NCBI RefSeq assembly: GCF_009914755.1 | Contig: NC_060942.1 | DNA length: 64,000 bases | Reading direction: 5' to 3' (one strand) | Origin: the human T2T-CHM13v2.0 reference genome, Homo sapiens | Shown here: one piece after another, positions 1 through 11,639 of the stretch | Position numbering within the stretch: the first letter of the stretch is position 1 | Layout of the letters: each line of letters begins with the position of its first letter | Position numbers and translations under genes: made by a program | The notes under the pieces: generated by a model | Database searches by the model: none | The model's input: the letters and a program-made list of their open reading frames with translations, nothing else | Told to the model about the DNA's origin: nothing

Positions 1-1370
1 TATTGGTTGATGGTGCTCTCCTGTTCTATGTCTGCTAGTAATTTAACGCCTAGTGATTCTACCAACTGCTGAGAGTGAGGTGGTCAGACTTACAACTAGA
101 ATTTAAAATGTGCCTATTTCTCCTTTCAGCTCAGTCAGTTTTATTTTGTGTACTTTGAGGTTCTTTTGTTTGGTGGGGACATATTTAGGATAACTGCATT
201 TTTGTTGGATTGATACTTTTATCGTTATATAGTGATCTTTTTGCCCACGAGTTTTCTTTGCTCTAGAGTCGACTTTATGTGATATCAATGGGGCCACTCT
301 TACTTTGATTTGAATAATGTTTGTATGGTATATCTTTTTCTATTCTTTATCAACTCATGTTGTTAACTATGTTATGAATTTCCTATAAATATTTTAGAAT
401 TATGTTTCTTGTTCTTTCCACTCTGTCAATTTGTATTTTGATACACATTGATTATTTACATTTAAGATAAATATTGCTATGTTAGGCTGCTATTTTATTT
501 GTTTTGTTTTCTCGGTTTTTCATTCATCTATTACCATTTTCTTATTTTCCTGTTGGTTATATCAACATTTTTTAGATTCCATCTTGTTTATTTACAGTGT
601 TTCTAAGCACAATACTCTTTATCGTTTTCTTAGCAGTTCTAGATATTAAAGTGTGCATATGTAACTTATCACAGTCTATTAGTCAGCATTTTACCACTTC
701 AAGTGAAATGTAGAAAGCTTCATTCTACTTAGATCCCTTTACCCTCCCCCCTTTTAAATAGAATTAAGTATTTCCTCTACATACAGAGCATTTTTCTCCA
801 AACATCAAATATGATGTCAGAAACTCATGAGAAACAGATTCTATTACATTTCCCCCTATTTCTGCCAACCTCCAATGTTCTTTCTTTCCTGTGTTCCCAG
901 CCTTCCTGCGTTATATACTTTCTATTTAGAGAACCTCCTCTAGTCATCTTTTTAAAGGTAGGTTTGCTAGCAACATTTTCTCTTAGTTTTCCTGTCTGGT
1001 AAGCTTTTTATTTCCCTTTGTTCATGAATATAGTTTCAAAAGATAGAGAATTTTGTTATGGTTCTTTTCTTTCAGTATCTGAGAAAATGTCCTACACTTC
1101 CTTCTGGCCACCATGGATTCAGATGAGAAATCTGCCATTCTTTTATGTAGGGAATGTGTTATTTATCTCTGGTTACTCTGAAGATTTTGTCTTTAGTTTT
1201 CAAAAATTTAATTATGATTTGCCTTCACCATGGATTTATTTAAAATTATCTTATTTGATGTTATCTCAGATTCTTGAATGTGTAGTTTCATAACTTTTGC
1301 TAAATTTGGGACATTTTCAGCCATTATTTTTTAAAATACTTTAAATACCTCTCTCCTTTCCTTCTGGTAC
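1..1370 (-). mobile_element. Old, degraded LINE-1 (L1M-type) fragment(s)
   Basis: T-rich sequence with L1 antisense phrases (aaatgtgcctatttctcctttcagctc, ccatggattcagatgagaaatctgcc, aaatttgggacattttcagccattatt). Boundaries approximate. Confidence 0.55.
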
Positions 1371-3339
1371 TCTGATGTTACAAATATTCGTTATATGGTT
1401 ATCACCCCACTTTCTAAATATTGAGAGAATCAAATCTCGTCTCATTCCCTTTAGGCCTTTCGGTTTTGTCCAAGCCACCACAATCACTCAGGAGGGAAAC
1501 GACCACAGCTCCTTAATGAGCTCTATATGTTATGCCCTGCCTAGTATTTTCTCTATAGAGAAAATATACAGAAATATAGAGAAAACTCCCATACAAACAT
1601 AAACCAGACGTTGCTCATTTGTTGAAAATCTACCACTAAATTAAGAATAAAATGAATTTACTGAATAAAGCTTACGATAGGCTCACCTTTGGAGTCTACT
1701 GCCTCCTGACATCACCTCCTGCCTTCTCCCTTCAGCCACTGCGACTTTTTTTGTTATTCCTCAAAACCACCAAGCACATTCCTGCCCATGGCTAGCAGCT
1801 GCTGTTACCCCTGCTAAAAAGAGGCAGAATCCTCATGTCTCACAGTCATTTCAGTCAAATTTCTGCTCTTCTGTTGATCTCAGTAAAGTTTCCCATGACT
1901 ATTCCTTCAAGAAGCCCACTCAGTCTAATCTTGCTTTATTTTTTTTAATAGTCTTTAAAACCACAGAACATTTAATATACATGAACATCTGTTTATGTGT
2001 TTAGTGCTACTTCTGTGAATTCATTTAGAGGCAAAAAATTATCAAGTCTGCACAACATACCTGAAACGATTATAATTTCTGGAAATACTAAGATTACTAA
2101 AAACCTTCTTGTATTCATGGAGCATAAAGTCTGGTAAGAAAATATGTTACAATGGTGAAAATACACAGAAGATTGGCTAATTCTATAAATAAGGAAGTAA
2201 GTTGGTTCTGTTTTGAGCTTCACTGAGGAAGCACAGCTGTTGGTTGAAGTATTAGTATGCTGTGTCCTTCATAAGCACAGAGCCATGGCACAGGCAAAGG
2301 TGGGGGCCTCCAGCACGTAAAAAATTAGCAAAAGGGCAAACAGCACAGGAGATGAGAATATGGCCTGGTGCCTTCATGAGAAAAATGGCCAGGGAAGTAT
2401 TCAGGGAATGGGCTACAGAGCAACAGACTCCAAAGCATTTGATCATTTACTATTTTCTAGAATATTATTCAGCATTACAGATTTATATTTAAAAATTATA
2501 AAAATAAATAATAAATTCATTTATTATAAATAATTCTTATTTGGATTTTAAAATGAAGAAAACAGCCTAATATTTTATTTATTTTATTGCAATATGTATT
2601 CTGGGTTCTAATCCTTTAATTCAGAGACAATAAGGATGTGTAGAAAATGGAAAGATTTTTGAACTGTTATACTTGAAATTTCTGCAGAGTATATAGGAGA
2701 TGACCAGTTGGATCTTTCTGAAGATCCTCTAAGTGTACGCCTCTTCTAGGGATCACTGCTATGGAAAATGGAGAGCAGAAGGTGAGACGTAAGCATAGAA
2801 TGAAATCACATTGCCAGGTTTCCTCTATAGAAGCAATTCTCTTGAGAGAGGAGGGAATAGATAAAGTATAAAACAAGACCCTTTACATAAACTACTGTAG
2901 TTGAAACTGGGATGAAAATAGGGCACTGATAATAGAAGACAGAGAGCAGCAAAACGTGGGAACCAATTCATGGAGAGGAAAAAATGTTTCCTCAGGTGAT
3001 CCCCATGAACAGTGGCTCAGATACTAGAGTCACAAAGTAAGCCAGGAAAATCAGGGAAAAATAGATTAAACACAGTATTCCAGCAAGATGGGTCTTAAAT
3101 ATACTAAATTCGAAGCATAATATGGAGATCAAGAATGAAAATAAGGATTTGAGAGACATTGATAATTTAGTGGTGTTCAAGCCCATCAAGAGTGAATCAG
3201 AAGGTTGTGAGGGAACTGAGAAAAGAAAATAATCAGGAATAGAATCTGAGGGTAAATTGGCTTTTAACAGGCTTAAAAAAAGAATAGGCCATGGAAACCA
3301 TGATGGAATTTTCTGAAATGTGGAAATATAGGTAACAAT

Positions 3340-4850
3340 AAATAGTTTTAAAAACCAAGAGATGATCATAGGATCATATCAGTAGATGCAGAAAAGCATG
3401 AGAAAAAACTCTTGGCTAACTAGAAATAGAAAGGAATTTTCTAAATGGTAAAACGATGTCTACAAATGTCTACAGCAAACATCAGTACTTAGTGGTGAAA
3501 TATGGAAAGTGTTTAACTAAAAAACTAAGACCGAGATAAGGATGCCTGCTATCTCCAATTTTATTCAATATTATTAAAAGTTCTTACAATAATAAAGTAA
3601 AACAATTATGTACACAGAAAGATACAAATAAAAATATAGTTTTAGAAACAGATTATGAATTCAATACAACAAATGTTTGGTATTTCTAGTTAAGGTAGTG
3701 TGACATAGGTGTAAGGATTTTCAAATGCATCAACAGAACAGGAAAGAGAGAGTTCAGAAATAGATCCACATGGATATGGACACTTGATTCATGACAAGGT
3801 TTCAGAAAAATAATAATTTCAATAAATTGTTCTAGGTTCATTATAATGAGATTTATTGCCATCTTAAGTGTAAGCAAAATCCATCTTAGACAGTGTACAT
3901 ATCTAAATTTGGAAATTAAAGCAAAAAGTTTTAGAAAATGCCATAAAAAGTTTTTCTTCATGACTTCAGAATAGGCAAAGACTTCTTAAACAGGGCACAA
4001 ATTACATCAACCATACTCTATGAAAATTAAGAACTCATTTTATCAAAAGATAAACAGAATAAAAATGCAACCCAGAGTGGGAGAAGATGTTCAGAAAACA
4101 CATATCAAAGAATTCCTATTCCGAGCATAGAAAGAAATTTATCCTTAACACAGTATGAAATTATCCCACTCTTACCTAGCAGAGAAATAAATTGTATAAA
4201 CTAATGATAGAAGTAGGCCGTCTCAACAGCCAAACTGACAGCAAACATTTCAAGAGAAACTATGAAAGTCAGAAGACAGTGCACAAATTTTGAACAGGTA
4301 ACTTGTAAATGAGAAAATCAAAATGTAATGACATTTTAAAAAGTCAAAAAGGCAACCAGAAAATTCTAAACCTTTCAAGGACACTCTTCTAAAATAAATA
4401 TATTTTCCAAATAAAGACTGAAAAAAAAAAGTGACAACAGTAAACAACGCACAACAAGAAATACTACAGTTCTTCATGTTGGAGAAAAATAATATTTGAT
4501 GGAAGAACAGAACTGCAGGATGGAATGAAGAAACCCGAAAAGGAAATTCAATGCAACTACAGTAATGTCTATTAGAATCTGACAATCGTAAAAACCAAGT
4601 ATATCAGAACAATGGCAAAAAAGGCAGGATAAGGGTAAACAAAGTTAAACTGTTTTGAGAGTCTTACACTGCCTGTGATGTAGAAAAGTCCTGTTTCCTA
4701 CATCCTAGTTTAAGGTAGAGAAAAAAAGTTGAAAATGAATACTGTAATAACCAGAGTGAACACTACAAAAATATAAAATGGTAAATGAAGAAACTACTAG
4801 ACATAAAATTAAAATTTATAAAATGCCTGTCAAGAGGAAAATGGAAGAAT
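3340..4850 (+). mobile_element. Old, degraded LINE-1 (ORF2/3' region) fragments
   Basis: A-rich sequence with L1 ORF2 phrases (atcatatcagtagatgcagaaaagcat, gataaggatgcctgctatctcc, agaaatagatccacatggatatggacacttgatt). Boundaries approximate. Confidence 0.55.
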
Positions 4851-4858
4851 AAGTTATA

Positions 4859-6553
4859 TTTTTTCCCCGTTTGCTATCCTTTATTAAAGGGCCCACATCC
4901 TCTTGGGACTCCAGCCAAACCAGTCAGGCCCCCAAATATAGCAGGAGGCCTGGAAGGGGAGGGGAATGACTTATGATCCCACCATGCCTCCTTAGAAACA
5001 GAAACCACCACAGACAGCCAGACGGACAGAGGCTGGGGAGAGCTTGTCTCACTCTCAGTCCTCTTACCCTTTCCCCTACTTGAAAAGAAACTCAAACACT
5101 GGCTATGCAGCACCCTAGCCCCCACCTCACCCATAGCAGCATTTGTGGGACCTGCTCCCTTGCAAGGGGTGGCCCCGAGGCAGCTTCCTACCTCTCCCTT
5201 CACTTTGGTTTGCTCCTGGCAACTCCGCGCCCTCTTCCTCAGCCTCCGCCTCGGTCTCCCCCATGTCTTCTATCACCTGCTCGGACCTTCTCTCTCATCT
5301 CCTGAGCCTCTCTGCCCCAGTGCTTCTGGGGAAAGCAGCATCTCAGGCGTCTTCCCTTCTCCTAGCAAGGGACTCCACCAGGCCCTCTGCCCAGGATGTG
5401 GGACTCACACAGCCGCCCCACTCTCCTTGAGGTCAGGGGCAGAGCGCTGCCATCTCATTTGTGGGGGAGTAGTGTATGGGGAGTAGCGGGGTCTTGGGGG
5501 CCGCTGGGCTGGGTACAGTTGGGGCTGCTGAATGTAAGTTGTGCTTTTTGGCCTAGAAGTGCTGGGGTTCAGGCTGTGCAGAACCTGCTCCCCAGGATTG
5601 GCCCCCTTCCTCCAGGGAGTTCCTGCGGAGATGGTGGGACCTTCGGGGACTTGGAGGCCTGCGGGCAGGGGTGGCTGGAGGGGGAGTGACCTCCTCAGGG
5701 GGAAGGGGTGGAGCTGGAGCCTCCCCGCTCCCCATCCCTGGCCAGGACTCCAGTGCTGGGCATTGCTCTTGAAGGGGAAGCGCAGCTTGCATCGTGAGGG
5801 GTTACAAAGCGGGTTGGGGGCCTGTGCAGCACCCCCGCTCCAGCCCTCACAGTGCTGCAGTCCCTGCAGCTGTAGCTGCTCCTGCTTAAGCCAGCAAAGG
5901 TGACCTCGATGGAAGGCAGGGTCCTCCTCTGTGAGCCGCGACACCCACTCCCAGCTTGACAGTGGTGGTGAGGGGGACCAGGCTGAGGGCATGTGGTCAC
6001 TGGGGGCTGCCTCCTCTCATCCTTCAGGTGGGGCCCAGTGGAACTCACCACCTTCTTCATTCTCATCCTCATGATCCTGGGCCAGGGGGATGATCCTCTC
6101 CATGCAGACCATGCGGTCCTGCAGGGCCTGCAGCTCCCGGTCCTTGCTGCTGTTCTGCAGCTTCACCTGCTGCAGAATCCCCATGAGCTTGCAGATGTGG
6201 GCCTGGAGGTCCTCCACCTCCACCCCTCGGGTTCCCTCCTCGCTGCCACCACCACTGCCAGCTCCACCTCCTTCCTCCTCGCCCACGGTGTCCCAGAAAT
6301 CCCGGGCCACAGCCCTCCAGGCATCTCTGGGGCCCTCTGGCTTGCCATAGGTGTGACACAACTCCCACACCTTGAGGGTGGCCAGGGCCTCAATCTCAGC
6401 CTGCCCGTGGTGGAAGTAAGCCAGGGCCAACTCATAGCAGATCTTCTTCACCTCCTGCATCTTCAGGTCAGGCATGGTGGCCCAGCGGGGGTCTTTGCCT
6501 TGCAGCCTTCGTCAATGGGGGATCTGATAAACTCTGCAAGGGGCCCTGCGCTT
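4859..6553 (-). pseudogene. 5'-truncated processed pseudogene of KIF1C (C-terminal tail + 3' UTR)
   Basis: Minus-strand translation [32 protein letters not shown]...[13 protein letters not shown]...[11 protein letters not shown]...SAPDLKESGAAV* (stop at 5405) matches the recalled KIF1C C-terminus, with stops and frameshifts. AATAAA lies at 4885-4880 and a short poly(A) remnant at 4859-4864. Confidence 0.92.
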
Positions 6554-6683
6554 ACCACCACCAACCACAGTGAGGCGAGCCGCTGGGCCACAGGCTCTAG
6601 CCTCCAGCAGCTAGCCAAGGAGGAGCTCTTGCTGATGGCCGCCTCCTACCACTCTAACTATACTGCGGTCTCTGTGGCCATCT
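6554..6683. repeat. REP522-like module fused to the 5' end of the KIF1C copy
   Basis: Same motif (ccaaccacagtgaggcgagccgc...ggctctagcctccagc...ctcctaccactc) as at 8370-8470 and, inverted, at 8855-9120 and 33950-34100. Confidence 0.7.
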
Positions 6684-7985
6684 TCTTTGACTACAAGGGA
6701 ATAAAACTAGATATCAATAAGAAGAGTAATTTTGGAAACCATACAATCACATGGAAGTTAAACAATACACTCCTGAATGAATGACTAGTGGGTCATTGAA
6801 GAAGATACTAAGATGGCAATTGAAAAATTTCTTGAAACAAATGGTAATGAAAACATAATATACCAAAACTTATGATACACAGAAAGCAGTAGAAAGGCAG
6901 AAATTTTTAGCTGTAAGTGCCTACCATCCAAACAGAAGAAAAACTTCACATAAACAATACATCTTAAATAACTAGTAAAGTAAGAACAAACTAAACCCAA
7001 CATAAATAATAAAGATCGTAGCAGGAATAAAATTGAAATGAAAAAAATACACAAGATTAAACAAAAAGTTGGTTTTCTGGAAAGTTAAACAAAATTGACA
7101 AACTTTTAGTCAGGCTAACTAAGAAAAAAGAGAGAAGATTCAAATAAATAAAATCAAGAGACAAAAAAAGGAGACATTACAACTGATACTTCAGAAATTC
7201 AAAGGATCATAACTGGCTATTTCATAGGCCAATAAATTGGAAAGCCTAGTAGAAATTGACAAATTCCTAGATTCATGCAATCTACCTAGGTTGAACCATG
7301 AAAACATCCAAGACCTGAACAGATCGGTGGTAACAAGTAATCAGATTGAAGCCATCAGGAAAAGTCTCCCAGTAAAGAAAAGCCCAGGAACCGATGGCTT
7401 CACTGCTGATGGCTTCACACCACACATTCACAGACCTAGTACCAATCCTACTCACACTACTTTAAAAAACAGGACAGAATACTTCCAAACTTACTCTATG
7501 AGGCCATTATTACCCCGATACCAAAATCAGACAAAGACATGAAAAAAGGAAACTACAGGCCAGTATCTCTAATATTGACACAAAAATCCTCAACAAAATA
7601 CCAGCAAATCAAATTCAGCAATACATTAAAAAGATAATTCATCATGATTAAGTGGGATGTATCCCTGGGATGCCAGGGTCATTCAACACACAATCAGTGT
7701 GATACACCATATCAACCAAATAAAGGACAAAAACCATATGATCATGTCAATTGAAACTGAAAAAGCATTTGATAAAATTCAACATTGCTTCATGCTATAA
7801 ATCATCAAAAAACCAGGTACAGAAGAAACATACCTCACTATAATAAAAACCACATGAGAGAGACCCACAGCTAGAATCACATGGAATGGGGATATATGGA
7901 AAGCCTTTCCTCTAAGATCTGGAACATGATAAGGATGCCCACTGTCACCACTGTTATTTAACATAGTACTGGAAATCCTAGCTAA
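6684..7985 (+). mobile_element. LINE-1 ORF2 internal fragment embedded in REP522-like repeat
   Basis: Translations IKLDINKKSNFGNHTITWKLNNTLLNE and DKFLDSCNLPRLNHE...LPVKKSPGTDGFT are L1 ORF2p endonuclease-to-RT sequence, with many disablements. Confidence 0.92.
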
Positions 7986-8004
7986 TGCAAAATCGTAGCT
8001 AAAG

Positions 8005-10970
8005 CACACCCAAACCTTCCCCTTCCCTGCACCGTGGGCATTGCAGCACCCCATAGCCCGCTCAACCCAAAACCCCCCACCTGCCCCCGCGGGCAGTGCA
8101 GCCCTGGATAGTACCCTTAACCCACCTCACTGCTGCCGGCAATACAGTCTGGGATAGCACCCCCAAACTGCTCCCTGCAAAGGGCAGTGCAACCCTGGAT
8201 AGGGCCCCCAACCCACCCCCTGGTGCAGGCAGCACAGCCCCAGATAGCGCACCCAACCAGCCACCCAAGGCAGGCAGTGATGCCTGAGATAGGGCCCCAA
8301 CCCACCCCAGGCTGCGGGCAGTGCGGCCCTGGATAGCGCACCTACCCCTTTGCCTTTCTCTGTTCTGGCAGACTGCAGTGTCTGTCCCTGTCACCAACCG
8401 CAGCAAGGCGAGCCAGCAAGGCAAGCCAGCGAGGCCAGCCATAGTCCCGCAAGCTCCAGCCTCCAGCATGCAGCAGAGGGCATCTCCTACTCCAAGCTGG
8501 GAATGCAGCAGCTATGGCGTGACCCCTTAACATGCTTTATATACCAAGTTTATAAACTACATGTTCTGATTGGAATGAAAGGAAAACAGCTAGGCCAACT
8601 CTGATTGGACTTTATCTTCTCGTTCTGATTGGTTATTCTAAGACTTGCTCTCATCCAATCAGAACATGAAAATAAAGTTCAATTAGAATAGGTCTAGCAG
8701 TTTTCTCTCATCCAATCCAGGAACCTCACTTGCATAACCTCAGTATATAATGCATGCTAAGGGGGAGTCCCGCAGTAGCAGGCTGTTCTTTGTCAACCTG
8801 TCCAGCCACTCAGTTTGCAGCTTAGAGAAGGTGGAAGTGGACTCCCCTGCCACACTCTGGAGGCTGGAGCCTGTGGCACCAGGGCTTGCATCTGCATGGT
8901 GTGTGACGGTGATGGAGATTGCAGAGCGTATGGAGTGGTAGGAGGCAGCTGGCAGCAAGAGCTACTTCCATGCCTGGCTAAAGGAAGAGAGGAAGGAGGC
9001 ACCTACTGCAGGCTGGAGGCTAGAGCCTACGGGACTGCGGGTGGCCTCACTGACTCACCTCACTGGCTCGCCTAGCTGGGGTTGGTGGCAGCGATGCACA
9101 CTGCAGCCGGCCAGAGTATAGAAAGGCAATGGGGTAAGTGCACTATCCGGGGCTACACTGCCCACGGCCAGGATCTGGTTGGGGTGTTATTCCAGGCAGC
9201 ACCACTTTAGGTGTATTAGGGTGTTATCCTGGGCGTCACTACTTTAGGTGTGCTATCTGGGGCTGCACTGCCCACTGCGGGGGGCGGTGGGGGGGTGGTT
9301 GTCAGCACTATCCTGGGCTGTATTGCCGGCAGCAGTAGAGCTGGTTGGGGGCACTGTGGGTGCTACACTTCCTGCAACAGGGAGCAGGTTGGGGCCACTA
9401 TTGTGGTTACACTGGCAGCGGTGTGGGGGTGTGGGGACTGGTCGGTCAGGGCTCTGACTGGTCCGGCTTCTTTGCCCACAGCGGGGTGGGGATGCTATCT
9501 GGGGCTGCACTGTCCATGGTGGGGGGCTTATTGGGGGCGCTATCTGGGGCTGCAAGGCCAATGGCAGGGCATAGGTTAGGGGCAGTATCGCATGCTACAT
9601 GGCTGGTGGCGGGGGTGGGGATGGAGAGGTTGGGGGGTGCAGGGAGGTGCTTGGTGGGGGGTTTTCCAGCGCTATCAGGGCCAGACTGCCCATGATAGAG
9701 GGTGGGTTGGCTGCACTATTGGGCGATTCACTGCCCATGGCAAGGGGTAGTTTGGGGGTATCCTGCCAGTGGCAGGCGGGGTGGTGAGGTGGGTTGTGGG
9801 CACTGGAGGGGGACTGCACTGCAGTCAGTGGGGGTGAATTAGGGGCACTATCAGCTGTTGCACTGCCTGTGGTGGGGGTTGAATTTGGTGCGCAGTTGGG
9901 GACTACACTGCCGGCAGTTGGGGACTACACTGCCGGCAGCGGCATATGGGATAGGGGCGCTATCAGGGGCTACGTTGCCTGTGGTGGGGTGCGGGTTGGG
10001 TGCGCTATCCAGGGCGTCATTCCCGGTGGCTGGGGGATGGTTGGTGGTGCCATCCACTATCTGGGGCTGCACTGCCTATCGCGGGGAGTGGGTTGGGGGC
10101 CTTAAGGATCTGTGGCTGCACTGTTCATGGCGGGGAGCAGGGGCGTCACTACCTGCAGCGGTGGGGGGTGGTGTTGTCTGGGGGTCCTATCCGTGGCTGC
10201 ATGGCCCATGGGAGGGGGCAGGTTGGGGGAGTTATCTGGTGCTGCAACGTCCGAGGCGGGGATGGGTTGGAGGCACTGTTGGGTGCTAAACTGCAGTGGT
10301 GAAGGCCGGGTGTCAGGGGCGCTATCCTGGGGCCAACAGTGGGGTGGCGGGTTAGGGGTACTATCAGGGGCTGCCCTGCTGGTGGTGGCAGAGGTTGCAG
10401 CAACAGCAGTGGCCTCCAAGGAAGGAGCCTTCCTCCTCTCCCCGGACTCCAGACTCTCAAGGGTGACCTCCTCCTGCTCCTGCTCGAGCACAGGGAGTGC
10501 ACAGCGTTTCCATGGGAATCCTGAACATGGCAGGGCCTCCATACCCGCCGTGGTTCTGATGGCCTGGGGCTGCTGCTCGCCTCGCAATGGTTGGTGGTGG
10601 CTACGGAGACTGCAGTGCGCCAGAGTGGTAGGAGGACTGCTGGCTGCAGCCGTGGCAGGGTTGGGGCTGCGGCGGTGGCCAGGTGGTAGGAGCTTTGTAG
10701 CTCGGGCCAGTGCATTGAGGACAACAGTAGCGATGGTTGTACTGACATTAGTGCTGGTGGGGACAGCAGCAGCAAGTCTAGGGGCCGGGAAGGGGCAGTA
10801 AGAGCACTGCAGGGCCTGCCCGGCCAGGACTTGGGTGGGTAGGAAGCTTCGGGTGCTGTACCATGGGCCTCAGTGGAAGCGAGGGAGGAACAGCCAGGGC
10901 AAGGAAGAGTCCTCCCCCTTCTCCTGCAGTCTCTGGAGGGAGCCCTCCTCTGCATGAGCCAGGTGTGAGT
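8005..10970. repeat. REP522-like palindromic GC-rich repeat with ~40-47 bp tandem units
   Basis: C-rich units (gcagtgcagccctggatag...cccaaccc) left of ~8640 mirror G-rich units (ctatctggggctgcactgcc...gggttgggggcg) to its right. 8370-8500 is the reverse complement of 8990-9110. The family name is from recall. Confidence 0.7.
8531..8756. promoter_or_regulatory. Palindromic core with divergent CCAAT clusters and TATA-like boxes (candidate bidirectional promoter)
   Basis: Left half: tttatata followed by three ctgattgg. Right half: ccaatcag, caattag, ccaatcc followed by tatataa. The halves are reverse complements (ctttatcttctcgttctgattgg vs ccaatcagaacatgaaaataaag). Confidence 0.55.
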
Positions 10971-10989
10971 GTCAGCATATTATCTCACT

Positions 10990-11232
10990 CTTTTTTTTTT
11001 TTTCTGAGATGGAGTCTCACTCTGTCACCTAGGCTGGAGTGCAGTGGTGTGATCTCAGCTCACTGCAACCTCCGCCTCCCGGGTTCAAACTATTCTCCTG
11101 CCTCAGCCCCCCCCCAAGTAGAGTAGCTGGGACTATGGGCACTAATTTTTGTATTTTTAATAGAGACGGGGTTTCGCCATGTTGGTCAGGCTGGTCTCAA
11201 ACTCCTGACCTCAGGTGATCCGCCCCCCTCGG
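10990..11232 (-). mobile_element. 5'-truncated AluS with TSD
   Basis: Alu consensus after a T-run. TSD tattatctcact at 10978-10989 and 11233-11244. Confidence 0.95.
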
Positions 11233-11639
11233 TATTATCTCACTATTAACAAAATTTAGGATGTGACTACTTGTATATCTTTTTGCTTTTTTTTTTGTTG
11301 TTGATATTGGACTTATTCAAATTTCATGAATCAGGGAGTGGAAAAAGGTGTCATAATAGGCCTTCTAATTCCCTCCCCTGTTCTTTTTCCTTCCTTCCAG
11401 TCTGTGTTTTCTTCTCGGTATCATCATCTTGTTCCTTCTCCTGTTTTCTTTTTCCCAAGCAATGGCCTTAACAAACAACAAACCATAACTGAGTTTTAAG
11501 GATAAACTACTTGTTAGTGTGTTGTATTTTAAAAATAATCTGTCCATAACTATGTTTTAGTGATGAGGAAAAAATTAGTTGCATAATTATTTAGTTACTT
11601 GAGTAGCTATGCTTTCATGATCCTGTTAATGTGTCCTGA

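Noticed and set aside
5993-6784. 263-aa + strand ORF
   Set aside because: Antisense of the KIF1C copy running into repeat and L1. A chance open frame.
9135-10380. CRISPR-like repeat-spacer periodicity
   Set aside because: Primate DNA. The units are degenerate tandem repeats with no unique spacers and no cas genes.
8062-10978. Dense ORFs up to 268 aa on both strands
   Set aside because: Artefacts of the GC-rich REP522-like tandem units.
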